Source: Callorhinchus milii
Taxonomy: Eukaryota
Direction of reading: 5' to 3'
Length of the DNA stretch: 64,000 nt
NCBI RefSeq assembly: GCF_018977255.1
Contig: NW_024704742.1
Location: 6,202,001-6,266,000, forward strand
Each line of letters opens with the position of its first letter. Positions within the stretch are counted from its first letter, which is position 1. The translations under genes were made by a program, and so were the position numbers. Positions 38,332-49,600 of this stretch are shown here, piece by piece. Under the pieces are notes generated by a model. That model was not told the origin of the DNA. It saw nothing but the letters and a program-made list of their open reading frames with translations, and searched no databases.

Positions 38332-38540
38332 GCCACTCGCCGAAACGCCTCCTCCTTCTCCAGCCGGGAGAGCAGGCTGGCATGTCCACAGACTTCCCCG
38401 GGAATCTCGGCAACGCTGTTCCCTCACCGACCGACAGGAAGTGTGGGGCGAGCCAGAGGATGTCAATCTTTTCCTTCCCCCAGAGGTGGAACGTTTCTCT
38501 TCCCGGTGGTGCTCCGTCCAGCAGCCCACCTGAAAACTGA
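38332..38540 (+). CDS. Candidate alternative last coding exon of LEF1
   Basis: Branch-like tattgac (38286), pure pyrimidine tract ~38294-38328, then cag. The phase-1 frame reads GHSPKRLLLLQPGEQ...APSSSPPEN* (stop 38538-38540). Tandem AATAAA lie at 40812 and 40832. Confidence 0.4.
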
Positions 38541-39719
38541 CCAACCCCACCTCCCCCACCCCACCACCACCACCACCATCCCACCAACCCCCACCCACCA
38601 AAGAAAATAACCCTCAACCCCACAGAGGAGAACAATTATGAGTCGCAACTCTTGAGACTTGGGACCTCACGGTTGGGATTGAAATACTCACAGCCGCTCG
38701 AGCAAACGGGCGGCTGCTTTCAAGACTCCTTTGTTTTGTAACCTGACCAGACGGCCTGACAATCTCCCTCCGCGACCCGTCAGGCTTCTCGATCGATCGA
38801 CCGTCCATCCGTCCGTCCGTCCCATCAATTGAGGAGGCCTTCACATTGGCGGCTGCATTCTGTGACTGCACTGTACTGTCCCAGTCCAGGATCAAGAGAG
38901 CACCGTCTGTAAATACAAAGGAAAAGAAGTGGCCAGTTTCTTGATCAGAGGAGTAATTTGGCCCAGGCGCTGCAATGAGGAATTGAGAATGGAACGGCCA
39001 CTGTGAGGGAGACCTTACCTGCCGGGTCTGACTCCCATCACTCGGCTGCTCTGTTCTCCATTCCCTGGCTCTGTGCTGTGCCCGTGACGGTCACTGTCGC
39101 TCTAGTACTTGAAGAAACATTGTCAGAAACGAGATCGGAGAATATTAAGATATTATTATATTGTGCGGTTTTTCGAGTGAATAGTTATAAACAGAAAAGG
39201 AGACGTGTATATTCCTCCTTTCCTCCCCCGGGACTGCTCTCGGGCTCCCACCTTTACGCTCACTATTGAGGTCCACCTTCTAGAGCCGGCCTCGCTGGTA
39301 GGAAGTGTGCTTTAGAGAGGGATTGGGGCTGACTGTTCCTATCAGGCTCTTATTCCCTTAACTAGCAGCCTGGCCGAGAGCAAGCAAGGTTCCTGACGTT
39401 ACCCTGACTCTTGTCCGTTTTGGGACTCCAGGGCTCTTTCATCCAAGCTCCCTTTGTAAGGTTTTCTTTTATAACTGGAATCCATGGCCTCAGTGTTTAA
39501 ATGAGTATTTGATTTGACCATAACTTACACCTACGCTTTTTGCAGCAAAACAAAAGGGCAACATTTCACATCACAGCCACAGTGGGGAATTCTCCCGAGT
39601 AAAGCTTTCCGCAATCCGAGGTGGTAACCACTCATTTCTTTGAAAGCAGGGGCTTGTGAAGATATGGCAATGGAAATATGAAAATAAAATTTTAAAAAAA
39701 AACACACACACAAAACGGT

Positions 39720-39940
39720 TTCAGTGTTTGGCATTGTTTATCCTCGGTTTGCGTGGAAGTGCCATAAATCTTTCTTTAAAGTCCGCTTTCATGTGGGATC
39801 TTGAGTAACACGACGGAGCCCGGAAGTCACACAGCTGTGCTTTGATCCCATGAGAAGTAAAGGTCCAGCTCGAGAGGCGAGGAGTCGAGCCAGAGCTCGG
39901 CTAAAACTGCCTGAGCCGTCGGACATCAAAGGCCGATTGC
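39720..39940. promoter_or_regulatory. Candidate enhancer with ETS, E-box and TCF/LEF sites
   Basis: GCCATAAATC 39761, CCGGAAGT 39820, CAGCTG 39832, CTTTGAT 39840, ACATCAAAGG 39923, in CpG-rich unique sequence. Confidence 0.38.
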
Positions 39941-40811
39941 CGCTTGGAGCAGGAAGAACGAGATTCCCCACAGAAGAACGTTTCATTTCCTTTGGTGAGC
40001 AGCACATTCCTTGCTGCTAATGGGGAGAGTCGCTCTGAATTATAGTACTTGTTGCTTTGCTGCTGCGACTTGCTGGCTGGGTTGGGGGGGGGGAGGGGGA
40101 AGGTGGGGTGGGGAGAGGGAGGGGGGAGGCCCCCAAAGGCCTTTTCGCCTCAGGAAGCCAAGTGTTTTCATGTAAAACTGACAGGAAAAAGCTTGCCAGG
40201 AACAGTAAACCCGCGCCACAGCTTTGAAATGCGAGGGGGTGAAAATGGGGTGGGTGGGGGGGGGGGAGGGGGCGTGGAATAAACGACCCGGGCAGGGTGG
40301 TCTCGCCAGGGCTTTTTTTTTAAATCTTTGGGGTTTGGTTTTGCTGGCTCTTGCTCAGAAGGCAAACTTCGACTGCGCCGCCTGCCAACCCAGTCGGTCC
40401 AGCAGCTGATTGCTCGCTCTGTACCGCTCGCGAGGTTCACCCCCTTTGTCCGCTTGTCCTGCTTTCCGCAATTTTTCACCCGCCTCGACCTTGGTTTCAA
40501 GACATTGTAAGGCAGTGAAGCCACGTGGGTCGATGCCATCAGTAACAGTAACTACTGTCAATTATTCTGCCTCACCCACCCCACCACCGCCACCCCCCCA
40601 CCCCGTACCGTTGTAAACTGGGCACCGTAGCGGGGAAAACAAGTGCAGCGCAGTAAATAAAACCGAGCTGCAGATAAACAGGGTCCATCTATTCTCATTG
40701 GTGTGTATCAGAGCCAGTGGATACTTTGCGTGACAGATAGACATCAGGCTTCCTTTTGCTTGAGACATTCAAAAAAAATGCGACTGCAATGCTTTTTCTA
40801 ACCAAAGATTT

Positions 40812-40870
40812 AATAAAGCGTGTAAATAAGAAATAAAAGACTGTACAATTTACTGACATTTTGTTTTATA
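40812..40870 (+). terminator. Candidate intronic/alternative polyadenylation site
   Basis: AATAAA at 40812 and 40832, TGTAAATA at 40821, downstream U-rich ttttgttttata. Confidence 0.4.
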
Positions 40871-42304
40871 CCTCGGTGCACTGTAATTACGCTCAAGTCT
40901 TGATGCTCCCTTGAAATTCCTTCTCAGTCTGCGTACTCTCTTCACGTGCTTGAGTGGTTGATCAGCCTATGTTGAGACAGCAACATCCACGAGCAGTTGC
41001 GTGAGGAGATTGAACTGAATAGGTACAGAGGGGGTTCACTGTTTTAGTTAAGTTTCTTCCCACCTGTTACCGCTGGAGCTTGGTTTCGCAGGTGCTAGGT
41101 TGAACTGTGGTATCTCTTTCGAGTGACAGTCGTTGAACTGTGAGCGGGACCGGGGTAAGGAACATCACAGGCCAGAGTGAATCAATGTCCCCCCCCACCC
41201 CCTCCCCACCCCCGATTCTGACCAGCGGAGGTCACTGCAATTAGATTAAGAGTGGGGGAGGGAATGTGTAGCGGAGGTCTGAGGTCAGGGGTTGGGAGTC
41301 CACTGTTGCTTCTGACTGCACGACCGACGAGCATTCGAACCTGCGGCACTTGGTTTCAGTGCGGTCCCTGCATCTTACCCTATTGGGGCCATCGGAAGAG
41401 TTGGTTGGGATGGTTTATCAACTGCGACATGCTAGGCTTCTCTGCTAAACACATTATTTCATGCAGGACTGTTTTGCTTACTGCGTTTCAATCCTTTTAC
41501 AACAGAAAAAAAGGTGACATAACTTTGCGAATTAAACACAAAAAAATTAAGCAGATCGAACATGGTGGATGATTGGGTATTGGGTCTAACCCACTGGCGT
41601 GTGTGCCTGTTCCTGTGTTTTCTTTGTATCTTTTTAATTCTGTGAAATACATCTGATTGTGCCGTTCTCTGTTTTTTTAAAGTTTTTTTTTCATTTTATT
41701 GGAAATAAAAATGTCCTTCTGTCGTGCATTTCTTATGTTTGGAATGACTAAAAGCCGGGTTGTACATTGAGACCAGCACAACAAGTTATTTACTGTAATG
41801 GCGTATTTCCAACCTATGTGGAAACGCTATCGCCTTTCTTAACTAAGTCATCCCTGCCTTGTAATCCACTTACATATCACCTAGGATCGCATGATTGATT
41901 CAAATGAAGAAGGGCCTTTGACTCGTCTGATCTCATCCCTCCAGAGCACCTACCCCACCGTCCACCCACTCACCAACCCACACCCCCATCACTGCATCGA
42001 GCTGTTTTTTAATTGAGTCAAAAAAAATGGAGGAAACAACATTACTGCTAATTCTAATGTCAATCCCCTGTCTGTCCGTTCCCCCCAACCTCCGCAGTGA
42101 TTCAACCTTCAGCACAATCACATCCTCAAGCTAAATAGTCCACACTGAGTTTCCTCCTGACACTTCTTTCCACCCCCTGGGGCACAGACCATAATGTACC
42201 TTGTAATACATGCTCACCCACAAAATACACAGTCACTTTACAGCATATCCTGTGAAGCACTTTGAGAAGTCTCCACAAAGTGATAAGGCCGCGCAATGTG
42301 ACGG

Positions 42305-42680
42305 TCTGGCTCATTTGGTAGTGCTCTTGCCTCTTGAGTCAAAACGTTGTGGGTTCAAGCCTCGTATCTGGACTTGGAACCCCTAGAGTTTACTCCGACG
42401 TTCCAATGCAGTGCTGGGTGTGTGCTTTATTGTAGGAGGTGTCGCCCTTTGGATGAGATGTTAAACTCGGGTCCTGTGGGCCTGTCCACGTAGACGTTAA
42501 AGATCCAATGGCACTATTTGAAAAGAAAAGCGAGTTTCTCACGCTATCCAAGCCAACAATCCTCCAAATAAAATTGATCACTTGCTCCTTGTTTGTGGAA
42601 CATTGCTGCGCGCAAATTGGCTGCTGCATTTTCCCACAAAATACACACAGTCACGTCACTTTGCAGTATATCATTCATAC
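42305..42680 (+). mobile_element. Deu-domain SINE, family B. Other diverged copies at ~2380-2640 +, 8965-9320 +, 13400-13745 +, 25320-25810 +, 26630-26910 -, 32405-32750 +, 33280-33600 -, 44210-44630 +, 48200-48520 -, 54690-55090 -, 59510-59850 -, 61590-61950 +
   Basis: GGATGAGATGTTAAAC...GACGTTAAAGATCCAATGGCACTATTTGAAAAG core recurring across copies. Confidence 0.78.
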
Positions 42681-42890
42681 GTCTCAAAGCTGAGATAATA
42701 ATAATATTAATCCTTGCATTTAGTATAGCTCCTTATCTCTATCACACTCGCGCGCTCTCTCTCTCACACACACTCTCCCTCTCTTTGAATAGACTGACTG
42801 AACGATCGGGAGAGAATCTTATGTTTTAACGAAAGTGAATAAAAATGGATGTGCTGAAGATGGGGATCCTGAACCCCATATTCCTGTATG

Positions 42891-43110
42891 GGAATCCTGT
42901 AGCTCAGTGGTTAGAGCACTCGTCTCGCAAGCGAGTGGGCCTGGGTTCGATTCCCGGGCAGGGCGAAACGTTGGGCAAGTTTCCTTACTGCACACACCTC
43001 TGTTTACCTAGCAGTGAGTAAGAACCCGGTTGTTAGTCCATTGGAGGATTGCTTTTCCGAAGGGTAATAATTCCTTGAAAAAATAAACAATAAATTGGTC
43101 ACTCAATCCA
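42891..43110 (+). mobile_element. tRNA-headed SINE, family A, 5' half
   Basis: Intact A and B boxes and body; truncated after ggtcactcaatcca. Confidence 0.9.
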
Positions 43111-43960
43111 ATTTTTATTGAACAAAAAATACCTTCGAGTAGCCTGCAGTAACTGGCAGCCAAAAACTAAACCACGATCCAGGAGTCCAGTGTCGTTGAC
43201 CTGGTTTCACACACATCATTGGGGTGGGGGGAACGGAGGATTTCCCTCCAGCATATCCAGGCTTGTTTGATGTGATAAATATTGACCTATCGACATCAAT
43301 CAGCTCCGAGCATGAGGATTGCACACAAGATGAGAGCTTGAATGGTGGTAAGTTGGGTGTGATGCCAGAGCCATCGGTTTGTGTGATCTACAGTTGGGCC
43401 AGATCAGACCTCGTGCTTACGTCACAAGAAGCAAAGATACAAAAAGCCACAGTTTTTCCAAAGACTCAGTGCATTTATCCAGTACGTAGCTGAGTTTTAA
43501 AGCTAGAGAAATCCTATCCTCGGCCAACGTCCACTTACTCACACTGTCCAGCAAAGGGGAGGGAGGGTAGAGGGGCTCTCTGAATAGTGATCTGATTAAT
43601 TTTTACTCCTCTAACCCAGGAGACAATCACATCACGCTATTACTTGCCCTGTGCGAGATCATCTTAACTCAGCTCAATCCAGAAATCAAACCTCAGACTT
43701 TCCCCATGTATGCGACTTCAGTTGCTGGATCCAACCCGAGTCCCTATTGAGTTATCTGATCTCAGACGAGGCAGCAGTGAGGGTGATTCAATTTGCCTGT
43801 GTGCCCCTGGATTAAAGAGGGTAAATGAATTCCCATTCCAGATCACTATACAGTGGCTCCTACTTTGTGTGGACGTGAGGACAGGATTTGACTTGGATCC
43901 GATGATCCTTGTGGTCGAACACGATGAAGACATCCACTTTGGCATGAGGACTGGAGACTT
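43100..43960. mobile_element. Cluster of ancient SINE copies (AmnSINE2-like). Related copies at ~580-800, 2850-3100, 16270-16460, 41040-41380
   Basis: Recurrent GAGTTA(G/T)CTGATCTCAG...GATCACTAT...GTGAGGACAGGAT motifs. The family name is from recalled consensus and uncertain. Confidence 0.55.
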
Positions 43961-44983
43961 GAGGCACCATTAGCGGAGAAATTAGTGAAACTCCTTCTGA
44001 GAGATTGGGGGAGAGGAGAGAAGTGGCAGGGAATAGCCAGGAACAAGAATCTCAACTCAATATTAAATCACGAAAGCATCTGGCTCTTGTGATCGTACAT
44101 AGGTGAAGCAGATTTAATAACTTCTAGATGTGTTGGTAGTTACGAATGGTGTGGGCCATGTAACTTTATTTGTTCTGCTAAACACGATACGTAGAGCTTA
44201 TAGATGTTAGTTTGGCTCAATTGGTAGCATTTTCCAGCTCTGAGGTAGAAGGTTGTGGGTTGAGATGCGTTGGCTGGCATTTCTGTGTAGTGCTCGGGGA
44301 ACACTGTATTGTTGGAGGTGTTATCCTTCTGTTGAGACGTTAAAACTAATGTTCTGTCAGTCTGTTTAGGTGGATGTTAAAAGATCCAATCCAAAAAAAC
44401 ACGATTCACTATGACGCTATTCAAAAAAAGAAGTGAAGGGAGTTTTGATGTCCTGGGTAACAGATCCCCAAACACAACTGCTCATTTCATGGCTGTTTGT
44501 AGGACATTGCTGTGCCCAAATTGGCTGTTTTGTTTGTCTTCAAATATGCAATTACTATACCTTACAGGAAATCCTGTGAAGTGCTTTGAGACATCTCGGC
44601 GATGTATCAAATCCAAGCATTATTTACTTATTAAGCCTTATGTACAGCTTTGCGAATGCATCATTACTGGCGGCAAAGAAAGTGCAGTGTAATTTGCAGA
44701 AACCAAATGGCTTTATCCTGTGTTCTAAACATTCGAGATACTGTTGTGCGAAGGTTCTTGCCCCTTTGTAACACTGTCATCTTGAAATCTATCGCACCAC
44801 AAACAAGTCTATTTGTGAATCTCATCTAAAGATTGGCTTCCTACAGTACGGAAATAATTTGCCTCTTTTTAACTGTTGAGCTGCTGCTTCACAATAGGCA
44901 GGTGGGTGTCTCTTACTATCGTCTGCGTCGCTGTACTTACAATGACCTGTTGTGTGATTTTTTTGTTCTGTCGTGTTTTTTAG

Positions 44984-45060
44984 GAAAACGAAACACATTC
45001 CCGACTTGCAAGGCAAAAGCAACAACACCCGCCCAGCTCCTCGAGATGGAATCCTGCTGA
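44984..45060 (+). CDS. LEF1: LEF1 terminal coding exon, 'B-tail' isoform
   Basis: U-rich acceptor ttttgttctgtcgtgttttttag. In phase 1 with 5487 it gives GKRNTFPTCKAKATTPAQLLEMESC*, homologous to the mammalian LEF1 B tail GKRSSFPTCKAKAATPGPLLEMEAC. Confidence 0.92.
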
Positions 45061-46625
45061 CTTCCTGACCTCAGTCGTCTACTGTGCTTGTTCCCCCCCC
45101 CCCCCCATTAGAACAAGTATTTGACATGACTTTGGGCCCTCCTACAGATCCGAACAGATGTGTAGACACTGAGCTACTACAGTCATTTCCTTTGCAGGCC
45201 CTTTGTTGAGCAGTGCTGTTGTGTAGCATACTTTCCACCCCACGCAACCCCCCCACCCCTCCCACATACACACACAAACACACACACATAGACCCAGCAA
45301 ACATACACACACAATACAACCCATTCAGTTGCTCTCCAACCATTCCCACCCATCCACAGCTCTCATTCTCTTGCAGTTTGCATCGCTGTGTCTCCTCCTG
45401 TACAAACCGTCTACTCCACAGTAGGTTTCAAACTATTCAAATTCAAATTGCAGGCACTGCAGAACAGGCAAAACACTCTTGGACAAATCGCAAAATACTG
45501 CAGATGCCGGAAATCTGGAACAAAAACAGAAGTCGCTGGGAACACTCAGCAGGTCAGGCAGCATCTATGGAGAGAGGAAAGTGAGTCAATGTTTTGGGTC
45601 CGTGACCCTTCGTCAGAACTGGGGCCTATTGGGAGGGAGAAGGCTTTTAAGGGCTAACAGAAGGGGGAGAGAGGGGAGTTTTTAGTGTTCCCAGCGACCC
45701 GCTGAGTGTTCCCAGCGACTCCTGTTTCAAACGATCTTGGATCTATTTGGGTTGTGAAAATGCAAAATAATTGTTTTGAATCAGTTCCTTGCATTCATTC
45801 TATCGTTCGATTTTCTTTTGGTTTTGGAATTCTCCGGTGTGTGTATTTTCAGTGTTAGCTTTTTTTCCCCCCCCCCTCGCTCTCTCTCTCTCTCTCTCGC
45901 AAAGAAACTCTAGGGTCAGGAAAGCTTATTGGGAAGTCTCTTTTCCGCCAGAGAAGAGCTTGCAGAAGAGATGGGTCTGGATGTACACTATTTGTAACAA
46001 ATAGTGACCTCATGCTTTCTGTAAGGTGTGCTGCAGAGGAGAATACATGTAACGCAAAAATCATCACACGGAGGAAACAACATTATTGCTAATTCGAAGC
46101 TCACATATAAAAATTCTAGATACGCCCTAAACTACATGCTGATACAACAACCTTCTTAGAGATATTCACAGTCCACATGGGTATAATAACCTTGGAGATA
46201 GTCACAGCACACGTACGTATAACAAAGTCCTGAGAGCTATCCAAGTAATGCATTAACTTGTTAGAGGCACACCCAGGTGCACACTGATGCAGTCTCCTTT
46301 CTTACAGAAAACAGCACTTGCATATTGTTGCTTTTTTTTTAATGTTGTTTTTATTTGGATGTGTATTTGTCTCTTTATGTTTGCGATTATCTTCCGATTG
46401 GATTTTGTGTTAATGTTTCTTGTCAAAGAGCATGTACAATGCCATTTGATTGACGACGGTATTAACGGGTTCAAACCAGTACCATTTTTTAACAAATATT
46501 CTCAAAAAAAATGTCAAAGCGGTTCGAATCATGTGTACAAACTTTGTCGAATTCAAATACATCACTGTTTTTTAAGAAAAAAAGAAAATTAAAAGACTGT
46601 GCAGTAAAAATTGCCATTTTGTGTA
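45061..46625 (+). other. LEF1: Probable LEF1 3' UTR of the B-tail exon
   Basis: Follows the stop at 45058-45060. AU-rich, with ATTAAA at 46588-46593 followed by a U/GU-rich tract (ccattttgtgt). The end is inferred. Confidence 0.55.
45489..45727 (-). mobile_element. Penelope-like repeat fragment with a degenerate hammerhead motif, in the putative LEF1 3' UTR
   Basis: caaaatactgcagatgccggaaatctg...gcaggtcaggcagcatctatggagag...gacccttcgtcagaact; a short inverted piece sits at 45683-45727. Confidence 0.75.
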
Positions 46626-49600
46626 ATGTCAGATTTGGGTAGGAAGCTAAATATCTTTTGAATACGAACTGTAACTAAATTATTTCGACCGTGTACTCTT
46701 AATCACTTGATGCTAAACAGGGAAAGAAACAACATAAAGTCGTACGTGTACTGCTATTGAAAATGTGACACTCGATTTGATATTGGAATGGCTCACTTTG
46801 CTTGGTTAGATATACAGCCACAGCAAATCACATTTACACGGTGCCTTTCACGTCAGGAGGACGTCCCAAGGCGTTGGACAGTCAGGAATTTGGACCTGAG
46901 CAGGGTAGGAAGGAGCAAGGCGTGGAGGGCCTTGAAGATGAGGATCTTGGAACACCTTCGGGAGTAAAGAATAAGAAGGGTATAGGAGACACGTAGAATA
47001 TAAACATAGGCACGGACAAGTTTGGCCTTTTCCCGGGCTGCGTAATTTATTCAAACCTATGTAACGGTATGTGGACATTTTGGTATAAATCCTGACTTAC
47101 GTTTACGAATGTTGCATTAGAAATGAAAGGGTAAACTTTGCAGTATGCATTCCTTGTCTTATTCAAGGAACGTTGGTCACCTATCACTAAGTGGAGCATC
47201 CATCTCTTGAGTTTGTGGGATCCTTAATCTGCGGGCTCGCCACAAGCAATGTGTTTATACTACCCTATGATATTTTTTAAATGTATTTTTTTTACTTCCC
47301 AAGAAACAAAACACACGTCTCGGGGGTTTTCCATTTAATGTAGGTTTCTCGGAGCTTCCTTGATCCACTGAAAGCTGAAGGTTAAAATCTGTGTTTCTCA
47401 CCCGAGGAGTAATTTTTGAAATAACACAGTCCGGCAGACTTACAGTATTTGATTTTCTTCCAACTTTTTCTTCACCCCCTCCCTTACAGTGCGTCACAGT
47501 ATTTATGCGATTTATCCAAGAAGTAACACAAGACCATTGGCTTTCACATTTGCCCCAGTCCCTATCCAGGGTAAACAAAACTTGATGTTTTCTGTTTTAA
47601 AAATAGCAGAGGTTCCACAGGTGCTCAGGTGGGAAAGGATTTTTTTTCTGGGCGGAACACAATTGTATAACACAGGCCTGTGTTTTCTTGTTTGCTTGTT
47701 TCATTGTGTTCTGGAACATTAAATATCCTGTCTCTTTGGAATCCGCTGAGCATAGAAACCGTGGTTTCTTTCTCACACGGGGAAAGAAATTGCTGACTTT
47801 GCACCTGGGTCTGTATCTAGCCCAGAGTGACGTATTGTATTAATTAACACCAGTGTTAATTAACACATTGCGAGCCACGATTTTCGCCCCTTTATATCGA
47901 GAATATTTTGTAAGGATAAGGATGGTTTTGTGACACAACCGAGCCACTTGGAGCCCTGATTACAAAGTGGCAACTCTTAACGTAAGGGAGAGATCAGACC
48001 AAATGAGTGTTTATACAAATAAACATAACTGTACAGCCAAACTGAAGTCGCAAAGGTTTTTAACTGAAATGTGGGAGATGTCCACATTTTAACACCTCAA
48101 CGGTGTTACGCTGGGCCACGAGCTCCTGTTTACTGAGGTAATGAGTAACTGAATAATAAACTTTACATATGATATTATGCCTTATTACATTACCAAAAGA
48201 GCTTCACGTGATTCTCTTGTAAAAAGGAGTAAATGTATATTTTGCAAGCATACACAGCAGCCAATTTTCACACAGAAATGACCCACAAATAGCCATGCAA
48301 TGAATCACTAAATTTATTTGGGGATTGTTGGACACTGGGATTTTTAACCTGAACACATTTTTTAACATCCAAAGGACGCCACCTCTGTTATGCAGCCCGC
48401 GCCTAACACTGCATTGGAGTGTCAGCCGAGACTGTAAGCTCCATCTCCTAATGTGGGACTTGAACCCGCAGCCTTCTGTCTCAGAGACGAGAGTGCTAAC
48501 AACTGATCCAGACAGATCATTTCTTGCAGTAATGCTTGATGCCGTTTGTGTACTCGAACAGGGTGAACTCACTTTAAGTATGAGATTACGTTGTCTGCTA
48601 GAACATAAGAAAGCAAGGAAGAGCAACATGTCATTTGATCCATCAAGTCTGCTCCTTGCACAGACTGTGTTTGATCTTCCCATTTCACCACTATTGAATA
48701 TTAGGAAATATCCCTGTTTTCCAAAGTTAATAAAGTAGACCAATGTTGTTAATCCATCCCTACATCTCTTTTTCTGCGTCATTTCCGCAGCCCAGAATCA
48801 TCAAAACTATTCCATGGAATACTCAAATCATCTCAGTCTATAACCATTGTGTAACCTCCAATCCCAATCCAAACCAAATATTTGTTCAGCTCCTTTCGTA
48901 GGAGTTAATTGACTCACTTGGTTTTGTTGTCAAGCGCTCTGGGTTGCTACCCTGCATGAAGGGTGCTATATAAATGCAAGTTGTTGTTGTTGTTGTTGTT
49001 GTCGGGAGTCTGTTCCATAAGTACCTGCTGTGGAAAAAATTCCAATCCCATCTCTCAGTTGATGATTTTTATTTTGAGACTTGTATCCTTGAGTTCTGCG
49101 CTCACAGTAGAAAACATATAAATTAATAGAAAGATACAGACAGGTCATTCAGTTCATCTACACTGATGTTTTTCTCTACCATTAGCTACTTCATCTAATG
49201 GCACTGTTATATTCTCTGCCCAAAACAGCCAGTATTTCAGCCGCTGTGATACTCACTGCTTTAAATATCTGGATCAGGTCTCTTCTTGATCCTTTCCCCA
49301 ATTAAAATAAATTTGGTTCTGTGTGTTTTCTTCCCTGTCCCGAATCCAGGAATCATCCCTGCGTTCTTTCTTTGAACCCATTTAATAATAACCGTAACGA
49401 TCAGCGCATTTGATGCAACGGCTTTCACGTTAGGAGAACATCTTTAAAGCGCTCAAAAGGATTTTCTGTAAAATGTAATGACAGAACATTTTGTGGGCGA
49501 ATGCAACAGCGTCAAGGTGTCTCAAAGCGTTTCAGAGGATTTACTGTGAAGTGTAGAGACTGTGCATTTGTAGGCAAATGCAGTGGTCACACAGCAATGT

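Noticed and set aside
41300..41375. ORF segment TWFQCGPC resembling the C-clamp WCGPC motif
   Set aside because: It appears to be the antisense of a tRNA-like SINE head (GGTTCGAAT on the minus strand), with no CRARF and no suitable splice sites.
42893..42965. tRNA-like cloverleaf sequences as genuine tRNA genes
   Set aside because: Each runs straight into the SINE body and copies are variably mutated, so they are SINE heads.
48204..48782. 192 aa minus-strand ORF
   Set aside because: Spans a Deu-type SINE and an old CR1 end; no protein signature.
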